This document shows, in pieces, positions 15,481-31,785 of a DNA stretch of 64,000 nt. Made by a program: the position numbers and the translations under genes. Position 1 is the stretch's first letter; each line of letters starts with the position of its first letter. Under the pieces are notes generated by a model. The model made no database searches, was not told the origin of the DNA, and saw nothing but the letters and a program-made list of their open reading frames with translations. The DNA lies in contig OX597828.1 of the NCBI GenBank assembly GCA_951406725.2, positions 21,390,001 to 21,454,000 of the forward strand, given 5' to 3'. This DNA comes from Octopus vulgaris. Lineage: Eukaryota.

Positions 15481-15695
15481 GTTTACCATATTTTGACGCA
15501 AGGCCAGTAATTTTGGGAGAGGGGATAAGTCGATTATAACGACCCCAGTCACATAACTGGTACTTATGTTTTTCGACCCCGAAAGGATGAAAGTTAAACA
15601 CGAATCTGGGCGGAATTTGAATATAAAACGCCAAGATGGACGAAATGCCGCTAAGTGTTTCGTCCGGCGCGCTAACGATTCTGCCAGCTTACCGC
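15481..15695 (-). mobile_element. SINE family A, diverged, tail type 2
   Basis: Reverse complement of the family A head and body (GCTGGCAGAATCGTTAGCGCG...CTTTCATCCTTTCGGGGTCG), followed by a CCCAAAATTACTGGCCTTG tail. Confidence 0.85.
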
Positions 15696-15894
15696 TCACT
15701 TTGATAATAGAAATATTAAGAACAATATGACCATCACCAACAACATCGCAAACGACAAAAACAAAAACAACGACAACAACAACAACGTCAACAACAGCTG
15801 CAACAGAGCAACTACGACAATTATTCTTATGGAGCAAGTATAGCATGAAGAAATTAAACAAGACCAACACACCCCGTCCGTACTTCCGCAAACC

Positions 15895-16375
15895 CCCTCC
15901 CCTACACGATCACCATAATCTACACCACCACCACCACTACAGCCTCCCCCGCGATCACCCCCACCACCACCACCGCTACACCCCGCGATCACCACCACCA
16001 CCACCACCACCACCACAGCCTCCCTCCGCGATCCCCCGCGATCACCACCACCACCACCACTACAGCTTCCCCCCGCGCCACCACCACCACCACCACCACC
16101 ACAGCCTCCCTCCGCGATAACCACCACCACCACTACCAAGACTACTACCACCACGACGACCACCAACACCACCACACCACTACTACAGCAAGTCCCACCC
16201 CGCCACCATCACCACCACCTCCAAGACTCCGCCTCGCCATCATCACCACCCCCCCGCCTCACCACCATCACCACCTAGACCCCCGCCTCGCCACCATCAC
16301 TCCCATCCCCACCAACATACATCACCCCACGCCCACAACCACCACTCCTACAACTGCCACCCCACCACTACCGTT
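15895..16375. repeat. (CAC)n-rich degenerate repeat with CCGCGATC / ACAGCCTCCC subunits
   Basis: Seen directly in the sequence. Confidence 0.85.
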
Positions 16376-16412
16376 ACGAAAACTATAAAGCCAACAATAA
16401 TGTTTGTAAACT

Positions 16413-16571
16413 CGTTGGTCTTTACGTTCTGAGTTCAAATTCCGTCGAGGTCGACTTTGCCTTTCATCCTTTCAGGGGTCGATAAATTAAGTACCAGTTG
16501 CGTACTGGGCTTGATCTAATTGACTGGCCTCCTTTCCCAAAAGTTCGGGCCTTGTGCCTAGAGTAGAAAAG
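16413..16571 (+). mobile_element. SINE family A, 5'-truncated, tail type 2
   Basis: Contains TACGTTCTGAGTTCAAATTCCG..GGTCGACTTTGCC. The TSD AATAATGTT(T/A)GTAAACT lies at 16396-16412 and 16572-16588. Confidence 0.88.
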
Positions 16572-16899
16572 AATAATGTTAGTAAACTAAGAAAAAAAAA
16601 AACGGAAATTATATAAAATAAATATCAAAAAAATCATTAGCAACAGGTGAGAAAAAAGTCGTTTCTAGATAGCAACCACGATGATAGCAACAAAAGCAAC
16701 ACAAACAACAGAAAACAAGCAAGAACAACAACAAAAACAACAAAGCAACAAGAACAAAAACAATGGCAATAATAGCAACGCCAGTAGAAACATTAGCAAC
16801 AGCATCAGCCGTGCGTTAGCAAAGTGCAAAAAGCTGGATCAACCACACAAATCGTAATAGCAACAAGGAAAAAGACAACGAAAATAGCACAGTAGCAAC

Positions 16900-17766
16900 A
16901 GAAGCAGCAGCAGCAGTAAGAAGAGGGAGAAGAAGAAGATGATGATGATGATGAAGAGAAGAGGATGATGATTAAGAAGACAGAGGAGGTGGAGGAGAAG
17001 GTGATGGTGATGATGATGATAATGATGATTGAGAGAAGAGGACGATGATGATGAACAAGAAGGAGGAGGAGGGTAGAAGAAGATGATGATGTTGATGATG
17101 AAGTGGAAGAAGAAAAGGAAGAAGAAAAAGATAAAGATGATGATGATGATGATGGTGATGATGAAGACAAGAGAATGATCATGAAGAAGAAGACGGAGGG
17201 GGTGGAGGAGATGGTGATGATAATGATGATGATAATAATGATTACGAGAAGACGATGATGATGAACAAGAAGAAGGAGGAAGAGAAGGAGAAGATGATGA
17301 TGTTGATGATGAAGTGGATGCAGAAAGAGAAGAAGAAGAAAAAGATGATGATGATGATGATAAAGAAAAAGTAGAAGAGAAAGGAGAGGAAGAAAAAGGA
17401 GGAGAAGAAGGGGAAGAAGAAGAACAACAACAATAACAGGATCACGTTATTAAAGTGAAATCAGGTATGATTATTAAATTATTAAATTTATGTTGCTCCG
17501 CCGCCATTACCACACAACCACCACCACCACCACCACTACCACCACCACTACCACCACTACCACCACCACCATCACAACTACCACCACCACCACCACCACT
17601 ACCACCACCACCACACACCACCACCACCACCACCACCACTACCACCACCACCACCACCACTACCACCACCACTACCACCACAACCACAACCACTACCACC
17701 ACCATCACCACCACTACCACCACCACCATCATCATTATCATCATCTTCATCATCTTCAACATCATC

Positions 17767-17810
<44 letters not shown>

Positions 17811-17989
17811 CAGCAGCGTCAGCGCCACCACCGCCCCAACATCAACACCACTGCCTACGACAATGTGTTCAACAAAAACTGCAGTAATACAGCCCCCGCC
17901 AACATCCTCCGCCACATCTTCGTCATCACCATCACCACCAACATCTCCACCACAACAAACGCTAGAAAAACCACTACCACACCACCACC

Positions 17990-18021
<32 letters not shown>

Positions 18022-18975
18022 CATCACAAGCAGCATACCATGACAGCCATCACTAACACCACCACCGTCACCACCACCGATACCATCATCAGCACCAGCA
18101 ACATCCACAGCCGCCACCACTGCCTCCACATCAACAACAACAACAACCACTATTAACACCATCACCACCAACAACAACAGCAATACAACCTCCGATACTG
18201 TCAGCACTGATACTACCACCTATACCACAAATGTGAACCGCTCCACTTCTACTATTACCGCTACCAACACCACCAACAAACAGCTTCACCACTACCTTGG
18301 CCATCGCACTACCATCGCAACCATCAAAACAAACACTCCATCACCATCGGCGCCACAACCACCATCACCCACCCCCAACCCCACCCCACCCCAACCCACC
18401 CCCTCTACCACGACCACCACGATGGATAGCATCGTTGACATCACCACCACCAAAATTAAAACTGTCAACCTCACCACCACCACCACCACTACCGCATTCA
18501 CTACCAACATCAACCGTTACACCCGCCATTGCCGTCACTGCCGCCACCACCACCACCACCACCACCACCACCACCACCACCACCACCATCACCGCCACCA
18601 CCATCACCGCCACCAGCACAACTGATATCATCACCACCACAACAACCAAGAGAACCACCACCATCACCACAACCACCATAGCCAGCACCAGCACCAGTAC
18701 TACCAACACCACCACCACCACCACTACCACCACAACCACCACTACCACCACTACCACCACCACCACCACCGCCACCATCACCACCACCACCAATACCACC
18801 ACCGTCACCACCACCGTCACCACCACCACCACTACCACCACCACCACCACCACCACCACCACCACCACCACCACCACCACCACCACCGTCACAACCACCG
18901 CCACCACCACCGTCACCACCACCACCACCACCACCACCACCACCACCACCACCACCACCACCACCACCACCACTA
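16900..18975. repeat. (GAT/GAA)n followed by long (CAC/CAT/CAA)n low-complexity tracts
   Basis: Seen directly in the sequence. Confidence 0.92.
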
Positions 18976-19394
18976 AAACTACTATAAACAACACAGTCTC
19001 CATTATATATATCCTAGCTGTCCACTTTCCTCCGTCCCCTACCCCTACATCCAACTCTCTCGGAAGTCAATGAAGAAAGAATTAAAGAATACTTAAAGAA
19101 GCAAAAAAACAAGAGAAAGAAAATTGAGTAATTTAAGAAAAAACAACCCCAAAAACCATTTTCTTTCTTTTTACCACATTTCTTCCTAACGCCAAAAATT
19201 AGAGGCAAGTCAATTATAACACACATCCCTCCAGTGAGTGAGTCTGTCTGTCTGTCTGTCTATCTATCTGCCTATATATATGTATACATACATAGCACAA
19301 TATGCATAGAAAATATATAACTTACATACATGTATACAGACGCATACATATGTATACACTATATACACTCATTTATTGGTATACCAACGCATTA

Positions 19395-19510
<116 letters not shown>

Positions 19511-19538
19511 AGCTGTCTGTCTTTCTGTCTGTCTATCT

Positions 19539-19638
<100 letters not shown>

Positions 19639-20393
19639 GCCTATCTATCTGAATACTAATATATATATATACATGAATATATACATGTATATACATTATA
19701 TGTATATTGTTATATGTATATATGTATATATGTTATTATATGTATATATACATGTATATACATGTATATACATTATTCATATATACATGCACACGCATAC
19801 ACACACACACACACATATATATATGTATGTACATATACTTATGTGTATGTGTGTATCTATGTATGCACATATATATATATATATATATATGTATATACAT
19901 ATATGTATACATATATGCGTGCATGTGTGTGTATGAATGTGTGTTTATGTGTGTGAGTGTGTATATGTGTATGTCCTTGTATGAGTGTGTGTGTGTGTGC
20001 GTGTGTATGTGTGCATGTGTGAGTGTGCCTGTATTGCAAAGAGACATGGCACCACAGGCAGTAACAAGTAATCAGACTTTCTCAAATTGATTCCGCCATA
20101 TTTCACCGCATCGTGTCACTGCTGTTCTTAAATCCACGCATTTTACCATCTTTGTCATCTTGTCTGACGCCACCACCACTGCCGTCTCCCCATCCCACTC
20201 TCACCTGTTCTGTCCCTCTTCACCATCATGCTGTCAACACGATGATGTTACCTGTGAGGACTAGAACGCTGCCGCCGCCGACGAGGGGTAACACGTTGAC
20301 GATGTTGACAGCAACGATGACAACGACAACGAAAATGGCGACGACGATGACGACGACGATAATGAGGATGAAGAGAAGGATGATGATCATAAA

Positions 20394-20444
<51 letters not shown>

Positions 20445-20553
20445 ATTGGTGGTGTTGATGGTGATAACGAGGATGAGGATGATGATGATGATGAAACTGA
20501 CGATGATACTGATGATGATGGTGGTGATAATGGTCGCGGAGACGATGAGAATA

Positions 20554-20586
<33 letters not shown>

Positions 20587-21094
20587 ATGATGATGATTAT
20601 GATGATGATGATGCTGATGACGATGATGATGATGATGATGATGACGATGATGATGATGCCATGCGGTCTAATTTGCTCTCCCCTATCCAACTCTTACTAT
20701 AACGGTCTTTCACCTTTTAGCACTATCGACAACGGATCCTACCCTGTTTTTCATTATTCCTACAAACTCCATCTTTCATTACCACTCATTATTCATCGGC
20801 CTCACTCAACCCTATAATCCACACTCTTAAACCATCTCTCAAATCTCGTAAAACAACACGAGAAGCACAGAAGAAAACAAACAACGAGAAACTTATTGGA
20901 ATAATAGAAGTTGAGATATAAGTGGATTATCTGTGTTTAAGCATTCTTGCATTCAGATGGTGTATAAACGGATTACGTGAGAACAGTGGATACAGCGCTA
21001 AAACGTCGATGGTTCAATGGAAGTGTTTTCACTGATTGGAGGTCGATAGAATTGTATCCAAATTAATGGGTATGATCTGTTTGGTGAGTTGTTT

Positions 21095-21410
21095 TCAGTT
21101 CCCGCTAAAATATACTTCGTATAGCACGGACATGGTGAGATTATTTCGCTCTCGGTGTTTATACAGTCCGTGGAAGTACGTAGGTACATATAAAGATAAA
21201 GTTTTTCAAGTGAATATGCAGAATATTTTCTTGGTTCCTTACTTTGAGACCCGGTCTCTTGAAAGAATATTCTAATTGAAGTAGTAGTTGATTTCCACGT
21301 CTTTAAGTCTGGAGATTAATGCTGATAGGGTGTGTTTAAAGGAAGAAATATGGTTGTTGCATCTGGAGTTAGATTTTTTTGAGCTAACAAAAATAATTGA
21401 ATCGCCAGTG
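21095..21410 (-). pseudogene. PLE GIY-YIG endonuclease C-terminal fragment
   Basis: The minus-strand peptides RCNNHISSFKH..LS..LKD.EINY and INTESEIISPCPCYTKYIL resemble the R.NNH.SSF / LN.RSE.ISKC end of one class of PLE ORFs. The fragment is frameshifted. Confidence 0.65.
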
Positions 21411-21437
21411 ATATATATGTACACACACACGCACACA

Positions 21438-21476
<39 letters not shown>

Positions 21477-21640
21477 TTCCGTGTGTTTATATGCTTGTAT
21501 GAGTCTGTGTGTATATGTATGTATGTGCTTATATAGTGAGTATATGCGTTTGTTTAACACATATACGACCTGTTAGTTTATCATTAAGAACACTGATAAA
21601 ACTGCTTTTATTCGTTTTGCACAATTCATATCTCTATGAA

Positions 21641-21692
<52 letters not shown>

Positions 21693-22092
21693 GTCTCATT
21701 AAGAAATGGTTTCCGCATAAATATAATTCTATAGAATAGTTAATTAAATTAACTTTCCAGTGCAGATTTATCACCTCTCCCCTCCAATATCATATTTCCC
21801 TTATTTAACTTTATGATATTTCAGTGTTTCTGCCTCGAATATCGTTATGCTGTTCTATACGATAATTCTATCGCCAATATTATTTCGTCCTATTAAATTT
21901 TTAGCATATAAAACCGTCTTATTTCATATTGATTTTTTTTTAATATTTATATACACTTTCCTATTTACTAACCTCCAATTTTAAACTAATAAAAATGGTA
22001 TGTATTCGTATATATTTTTAGTATATCCATTTTCCATTATATATTTTCTTATAATTAATACGTTTTTATTATTACACACAAACACACACACA

Positions 22093-22136
<44 letters not shown>

Positions 22137-22226
22137 ACACACACACACAGAGGCACATATGCACATATGAATGTATATATATATATGTATGTATGTATCT
22201 ATCTTTCTATCTGCCTGTCTGTTTAT

Positions 22227-22313
<87 letters not shown>

Positions 22314-22724
22314 GCCCTGGTTATTTATCCGGTGTTCAGGTTTGTGGAATTAGGTTTGCCTAGCCCATTTAATTTATTTTGCGAAAGTGCTAGTCGTAAT
22401 AATGTTTTATGAAAAATGCTTCAAGAATTATATCATGAATAAAACGAGGGCAATATTTACATCGTTATCAAAATATACTACCAGTTCAATGGTTTGAGAC
22501 GTTTTAGCCATATTATAAAAAATAAAAGTATATGGAAAAAAATTTAAATTAATCTTTTATGTATGTACTTCTAAAAGTGCACATTTTTCTACAAACTTCA
22601 TTCGTTAACTGTTGTTGGTCTCCTTCACGTAGCTTTTGTGCTAACAATAGTGGTAGTAAGAGTTTTAATAGTGACATTATATTGTTCCTTACTGGCAATG
22701 TTGGTATGAAAGAGTGGTACTTAG

Positions 22725-22838
22725 TTGTTGGAGAGGTCATATAGAAGTGGGGGAGAGGTCGTATAGAAGTGGGGGAGAGGTCGTATAGAAGTTGTTGGAG
22801 AGGTCGTATAGAAGTTGTTGGAGAGATCGTATAGAAGT
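22725..22838. repeat. 21-23-bp tandem repeat GGAGAGGTCGTATAGAAGT(TGTT/GG), five copies
   Basis: Seen directly in the sequence. Confidence 0.92.
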
Positions 22839-23123
22839 AGCAATGGTAGAGGACATAGTAGCAGTAGATGTATTCAGTTTACTAGCAGGAGTAGTAGTAG
22901 CAGCTTAAGCAGTAGTTATAGTAGTATTAGCATTGGAAATAGTAAAAGTTGTAAGGTAGTAGGTGTGGTTTGTTCCTTTCCTCCAGTAACAGGAGAATGC
23001 GTGGTGACTGCAGAAACAGTTGCAGCAGCAGTAGCAGCAGCAGCAGCAAAAGCGGTAATAGTTGTACTGGTAACAGCAGCAGCAGTAGTAGTAGGAGTAG
23101 TGCTCTGTCTCTCTCACTGTTGT

Positions 23124-23870
23124 TAAGACGTGGTCACTATTTGATTATGCATGTTATCTCTTTGTTAACACGTTGCTGTTCCCATGTGCAACTTGGTATA
23201 AGTAAAAGATCATAAAATTCGGTTGTTTCTAATCGGTACATGTGTCTATATGTTCACTGAAACCTAATTGTCTGTATTCCAGTGTGTGTATTTGATGTCT
23301 GTGAAGAGTCATGCGTTGTCTTAGAAGTTATTCAGGTTTATCTTATGTTATGTAGTTTTCTCCGTATTTTGAGTATGCTATGGTATAAAAATTTGGTTTT
23401 CAGATGCACTTGTAAAGTTATTTCTTATTTTGAAAAATTTCCTTCGTTTAAAACTGACCTCACACTGTTCTGGTGGATTTAAACATTTACCAGAGTTGGA
23501 TCATCCACATTTATCACTGTTAGTTCTGTTGTCATTGTGGGAATATTGGCCTTTGTTAAATTTGCTCACTATTTTGGGTTGTCATTTGCTTGTTTATGAT
23601 AGAATGTATTTAATGAATTTGGTCCACCCAAGATTTCTTTGTCAGTTTTGGGATGTTTTGAAATATAACGTTGTAGGATTCATTGTGTTTAGGATTGCTG
23701 GTGGAAATGTACTTGTATACTTTTTAGATTTGTTTGTCAAAGTACTTGGATATGAATTTTCTTGGCTATCGATTAAGGGATATTTACTCGTATATCTCGG
23801 ATGGTACGAATTGAAATGTATTTTATGGAGTTTGTAGATGTATAGTATATACATCCTCTATTTAGTTGTT
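23124..23870 (-). pseudogene. PLE thumb/linker/GIY-YIG fragment, heavily decayed
   Basis: HFNSYHP matches the thumb motif. LRQRMTLHRHQI..YRQL..SEHIDTC..PNFMIFYLYQ matches the PLE at 44.6-44.9 kb (HKEQI..YRQIPLSSHIDSC..PKFPIFPFYQC). Confidence 0.78.
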
Positions 23871-23897
23871 GAGTTTCTATTTTAGGTTGTCTAAAAT

Positions 23898-24360
23898 GCA
23901 ACTTACATAAGCATTCATTTAGAAACGAATCAGGAAGAGATGCGAATTTGTTGATGAGTTACGTATGAATGTTGAAAATATTCAATATTATTTATCAGAT
24001 AAATTAGGGTACTTTAAAACTGTATTTAATCCATCGTTTTTCTAATTCTACCTTCTTGTGCCCTAACTATATAGACTTCAAAAATCTAACATTGTACTAT
24101 AAAGAAAAAGTGTTTGGTAAGTAAAATTGCGTACAAATGCTCAGTTAAAATTTTCAGTATCTTCAGTGATATATGGGATTAACAGCAACTCATTCAAAAG
24201 TTAATACAATTTACATAAGCATTCATTTTGAAACGAAGCAAGGTGGAATGTGATTTCTTTGATGAGTTAAGTAGGAAAGTTGAAAAAAAATTAATATTTC
24301 TTATGAACTTGACAGGGCTATTTTAAACATTTACTTTGTCCATCACTCTTCCAATTCTGC
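23898..24360. repeat. Diverged ~150-bp direct repeat, two copies (~23900-24050 and ~24209-24360)
   Basis: Shared anchors: TTACATAAGCATTCATTT.GAAACGAA, TTGATGAGTTA.GTA, GTTGAAAA and TCCATC..T.AATTCT. Confidence 0.75.
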
Positions 24361-25069
24361 CATCCAGTGTCTCAACAGTAGTGTTAAAGAATTCGAACTG
24401 CAGGACAAAGCTATAGTTATAGAGGAAGAAAAATAATATTTTATTGACCTCATCTTTTTGACTTACATATTAGGAAAAAAAAGGAAAATTGACTTCGGTG
24501 AAATTTGAAGTAAGAAAGTAAGGGATCACAACTAGTTATTACAAGGTACGTTCTACCCAAATAATGCTAAAAGTAAAGAAAAATGAAAAAAAATCATAAA
24601 TTCATCAGAAAAAATTGAAATTTTGAAATATATTCGCAATCACGCAAAATGAAATTAATAAACAAGATGGCGTCTAATATATTTACGGTTTGTTTGCGGT
24701 ATGCTGTTATGTTATTTGCTCTTCGCTTTCTTAATTTTTATATTTCGTATATCAGCTTTCAACATTGCATATTGACTTTCTCCTTATTTGTAGTGTCACT
24801 AGTTGCCGTGTTATATGTGTTTGTCTGACACATGATATTTCAATTCTTGCTTTCTTGGATTGTGTTTTGTTCATAATCGCGGTTCTGAAGGGGAGCGGGC
24901 CAACAATGGGCGTGTTTCGGTCTATTAGATCTCATTAGCATAGTAAAGTACTATAATATTATCGGCTTCTGTTTTGTGTATCAACCTCCTCACTATTTGC
25001 CATCGTCACTTCATTGTCATCCTCGTCGTCTACATCACCACTACCACCACCATCATCCTGATGAGGATG

Positions 25070-25104
<35 letters not shown>

Positions 25105-25253
25105 GTCATCATCATTATATTCATCATAGTCATCATCATCATTATCATCATCAGCATCGTCATCATCAACAGTATTGTTATTTTTATCGTATTTTTGCTG
25201 TTATTATTATTACTGTTAAAAGAATGCTAAATGAAATGAAACAGAATTTAAAT

Positions 25254-25329
<76 letters not shown>

Positions 25330-25838
25330 CATTATTATTATCATTATTATTATTAGTTTTAATCTAATATTATTATCATAATTCTTATTACTGCTCCTAC
25401 TATTGATAATTTTTATTTTCATCGCCGTCATCACCGTCGTTATCCTCCTCCTCCTCCCCCTCCTCCTCCTCCTCATTATCATCATCATCGACCAGCCGAC
25501 ACATTCCAAACTTTCTACAAGAGTAGTGTGATATTTGAGGGAGATTTGGGTGTTATTTCCAGCAGGCTCAGAGATCCTGTAGAATGTCTCTAGTTGGTCA
25601 GCTTGTTGTTGTTGTTGTTGCTGTTGTTAGCTCAGACCGACAGACATGTTCAAGGGCAATCCAACCATACCAATCCAGTTCTTTTTTTCCGAATACTCGT
25701 AACCTCTGGCCAGTTCTATTGTTGTTGGCTATGTTGTAGTTGTTGTTGTTGCTGTTGATGTTATGGTCTGCTATTCTGTAACATTTGTTGTTTGTTATTA
25801 GTCTTTACCGTTAGTGTTTGGTCTTGTTGCTGCTGTCG

Positions 25839-25872
<34 letters not shown>

Positions 25873-26584
25873 AGTATTCTTGTTATCAATGATACTGTGT
25901 GAAAGTTAAACAGAAATTAATTTACAGAATGTACTCGAGTTTCTCCATTGATATCGCTGTAGCGATGCTGCTGCTGCTGATGATGATGATGATATTGAAA
26001 ATGATGATGATGATGATGATGCAGAGATGGTGATGATGAAGGTGGTGACGGATGATAATGATGATGATGATGGCGACAGTGATGATCAACATTATAGTCA
26101 TCATTATCATCACAATCTTCCTCCTCTTCCTCGTCTTTATCCTCATCGTCGTCGTCGTCATCATTATCATCAACAACAGCAACAGTAATAACACCATCAA
26201 TCCGAAAATGAAAATTTTCATCAAGAAATTTGAAACGATATTTGGGTGACACGAAACGAAATAGAAAGTATGAAAAAAACAAGAAAAGAAAAAAAAGATA
26301 TCATTACTGCCCTACTTCATAATAAATACAAAGAAACAAACAAAAAACAAAAGAAAGCATACACAGTATCAACAAAAGAAAGATGTTATCAAATATTAAA
26401 TGAACGAAACAAATCAATACAAAATAGAAAAGAAAAATACAAGCAAATTAAGAGTAAAATAGACACACAAATAGAATTAATAGACACTGATGTACAGATA
26501 TAGCAACAACAGGAAAAGAGAGACATACCGATAGATAGCTAGATAGACAGACAGATAGATAGGTAGAGGGATAGACAGACAGAC

Positions 26585-26615
<31 letters not shown>

Positions 26616-26940
26616 CAGATAGACAGATTGATAGATAGATAGATAGACAGAAAGATAAGTAGACAGAGAGATAGATAGATAGGCAGATGGATACGTAGGT
26701 AGACAGATAGGCAGATAGAGGGATAGATAGATAGATAGACAGACAGAAAGATAGATAGATAAAGAGGTAGATAGATAGATAAACAGACAGATAGATACAC
26801 AGATAGATATATAGACAGACAGATAGATAGACAGACAGACAGACAGATAGATGATAGATAGATCGATAGATAGATAGACAGATCGATCGATAGATTACAG
26901 ATAGATAGATAAATAGACAGATAGACAGACAGATAGATAA

Positions 26941-27205
26941 CTTTCTTTATTGGCCACACAGGGCTGAACATAGAGGGGACAATTACAATGTAGAATTTTC
27001 TTTTCGAGGGAAGGTGCGAAAATAAACAAAAATAAAAAATAAAAATAGGGACAACGATCAAAAGGGATCAAAATCGTTTGGGATTGAAAGTCGAAATAGT
27101 TCAAAAAGTTCCTAAAAGTGGAGAGGTTTATCCCTTGAAAGAAAAATCTGCGAAAAGACCACTGTAACCTCGGGCAATAATGTCACACAGTAACACATTT
27201 ACACG
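26941..27205 (-). mobile_element. Retroelement 3' end, same family as 14310-14649, abutting (GATA)n
   Basis: Contains TTTCTTTATTGGCCACACAGGGCTGAACATAGAGGGGACAA and AAAAGACCACTGTAACCTCGGGCAATAATGTCAC. Confidence 0.7.
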
Positions 27206-27888
27206 TTCCAGTTTGTTGATGGTAGGATAGGAACAAGGCACGACAGTCATGTTGTAGTAGACCTTTTAGGGACAGCTTCCTCTCGGCCTATTACCAGGCG
27301 GGAGTGGCCACCCTAGACAGGTAGATATAGCTCCGTCGCATGATTTTTAGAGGTCCTCTGCAAATTTTTGTTTCGAGGCCCCATCCCTTCAATCAAAATT
27401 CATAATCTACGCCTCGTATATTTATTGATAGCTATATTTTACTTTATTTTACCTGAAGTTCAATATTTCACGTTATCCGAAAAAACATCTTTAAAATTAC
27501 AAGTTAAATTTATTAAGGTCTATTACAAATTTAAATAAGTAAAACTTCCAGATATGAATAAAAGAGCAATTTTATAATCTAGGCAACCTTCAAAGACAAA
27601 CATGATGCACTTATCACTTCGCGAAATCATTGATCAGTTCAGAATGATCAACCTGAGAGCTAAGTTCCTTTTCAATAAATATCATTGACAATACCCAATG
27701 TCTGGTACATGTTTGAGGTATAATGCAATATTTTTACAAGAACTTTTGCAGGTACAATGTATTACCATTTTATTTCTTGAAATCTTCAGTTAACATATAT
27801 AAGTTAACAGTTGCAGCGTGAAAGGTGTTTATAAGCCATTTCAGAAAAACACAAAATCCGTTAGATTCACTTCAACATTTAAATTTGA

Positions 27889-27938
27889 TTTGTCAAAATG
27901 TTTTCGTCGATTGAGACCGCGACCTGTTCATTGACAAA
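27889..27938 (-). ncRNA. Degenerate minimal hammerhead-like motif (A3/C8)
   Basis: The minus strand reads TTGTCA-ATGAACA-G-GTCG(cggtctcaat)CGAC-GAAA-ACATT-TTGACAA. Stems I and II are present, and the core is one substitution from a G3-C8 variant. Confidence 0.5.
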
Positions 27939-28211
27939 ATTCCGTGTTGCATTATAGATAAGTTAATTCTTGTCCAACATCTTAACCAGAGCAAATAGAT
28001 GGCTCATCTACGTACTTTGATCTTAAGATGGGGCTCCTCAACCGCGGAGGCTCCCTGCGACCGCAGCGGTTGCAGAAGCTTAGCGACAGCACCTGGATAG
28101 ATAGATGCATACATACATACATACATGCATACATACATACATACATACATACATACATACATACATACATAAACAGATAGCGATACAAATATATACGTAT
28201 ATATGTATATA

Positions 28212-28256
<45 letters not shown>

Positions 28257-28306
28257 GCATATATATGTATATATATAGATTATATATATATATATATATA
28301 TACATA

Positions 28307-28353
<47 letters not shown>

Positions 28354-28405
28354 TATATATAATGTACATACACTCATACACATACATACACATATATAAA
28401 ATGTG

Positions 28406-28509
<104 letters not shown>

Positions 28510-28519
28510 AAATAACATG

Positions 28520-29720
<1,201 letters not shown>

Positions 29721-30336
29721 TACATATATGTATACACGCACACGCACACGCACACACATGCGTATATATGGACACACACATAGTCTTACATATATGTATA
29801 CAAATAATCAAACACACACAAGCGCTCTCATGCGCACATCTATTGATAGCTATTCCCGTACCTTCTTGCAGATCAAATGAAAATTAGCTGGAAGAATTAA
29901 TTAAGCATCAAATTATATCTGAGAGAGAAAATGGTAACTAGTTTTCTGAATACAATTAGTGGTAGATTCGAATTTGTTCTTTAATATCAGTTTTTAATCA
30001 AATGTCTTCGATATTGAACACCGAAAAACAACAAAAATCATAATAAAAAAATGGCGGACATCGTACAATTAATGATGGCGACGCATGATGGATAATCTCG
30101 TGTATGTGTGATTGACTGCGTGTGTATCTGTGTGAGTGTATGTTTGTGTGATTGAGTAATGTGTGATATTTTTGTGTGTTTGTTGTACGTGTGTTCACAT
30201 GTGTGTACGTATGTGTTGTACGTGTGTTCACGCGTGTGTATGTATGTGTGCATATGCATTTCTGTCATGTATCTGACTCTGCATATGTGTGTGTGTGTGC
30301 GCGCGTGTTTGTATGTGCGTCAATATTATACTTTTG

Positions 30337-30371
<35 letters not shown>

Positions 30372-30789
30372 TTGATATGTTTTTGCCCCATGCGCTTATG
30401 TTACATGTCCGGCATGTGTATGCATGTGTGTGCGCATATTTGTGAATCTGACTGTGTGTGTGTGTAGTGTGTGTGTGTGTGTGTGTGTGTTTCTGTGTGG
30501 TAATAATTCGTTGTGTGTTTGTGTGATTGTTAATTTTGGTGTGTGTGTATATTTGCATCTCATTATACTTTTGCGTAATGGTATCTGGTTTCGTGTGTAA
30601 AACGTGTGTGTGTATATGTGTGTGTGTGTGTGCGATTACGGTGTATGTATGTGAATATGTGCGATTGAGTTGCAGTGATTATTTTAGTTGTGTGTGTGTG
30701 TGTGTCTTTGCCTATATGTAGGGGCCTTTCCATTTTAGCTTCATCATGCACTTTTCCTTTGAAAAAATTAATTTCAAAAGAAACATCAT

Positions 30790-30996
30790 CATTATTATTA
30801 TTATTATTGCTATTATTAAACTTCTGTAACAATAAAAGAAATAATCATCAAGATCATCATCATCATCATCATCATTATTATAATAATAATAATAATAATA
30901 ATAATAATTATTATTATTATTATTATTATCATTATTATTATTATTATTATTATTGTCATCATTATCATTATTATTATCATTATCATCATCATCATC

Positions 30997-31067
<71 letters not shown>

Positions 31068-31092
31068 CAACATCATCATCATCATCATCATC

Positions 31093-31130
<38 letters not shown>

Positions 31131-31152
31131 CATCATCATCATCATCATCATC

Positions 31153-31202
<50 letters not shown>

Positions 31203-31322
31203 CATCATCATCATCATCATCATCATCATTAAAAACATCATCATTATCAGTATTAACAATGGTGATGGTGTTAAGGTTGAAGACGATGATGATGATGACA
31301 ATGATGATGATGATGATGATGC
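30790..31322. repeat. (ATT)n/(CAT)n compound microsatellite
   Basis: Seen directly in the sequence. Confidence 0.95.
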
Positions 31323-31494
31323 TCTGAAATAAAACCGTAACAGAAGCATCAACAACACTAACAACTAAAACTACGAGAAGCCCAGAAAACTCCACAGTGA
31401 CACGAAAATACTCAAGGCCAAACAACTGTCATACAGTTATGTATATATAACTCTACACACACATATATATACATATATGTATATATATATATAA

Positions 31495-31557
<63 letters not shown>

Positions 31558-31578
31558 TATAAAACTATAAATACATAT

Positions 31579-31652
<74 letters not shown>

Positions 31653-31654
31653 TT

Positions 31655-31785
31655 TTATTTCTTCATTCTTTTACTTATTTCAGTGATATGACTGCGGCAA
31701 TGCTGGAGCACCGCATTGAAAGGTGTTAGTCGAAGAAATCGACATCAAGACTTATCCTTTGTAAGCCAAGTACTTATTCTGTCGC
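31655..31785 (-). mobile_element. SINE family B 3' fragment
   Basis: Contains TGACTGCGGCAATGCTGGAGCACCGC and TTTGTAAGCCAAGTACTTATTC. Confidence 0.8.

Noticed and set aside
27328-28095. Possible hAT element (also a Charlie-like end GGTTGAGAAACGCTG at ~46822-46836)
   Set aside because: TIR matches are weak or single-ended and no TSD could be identified.
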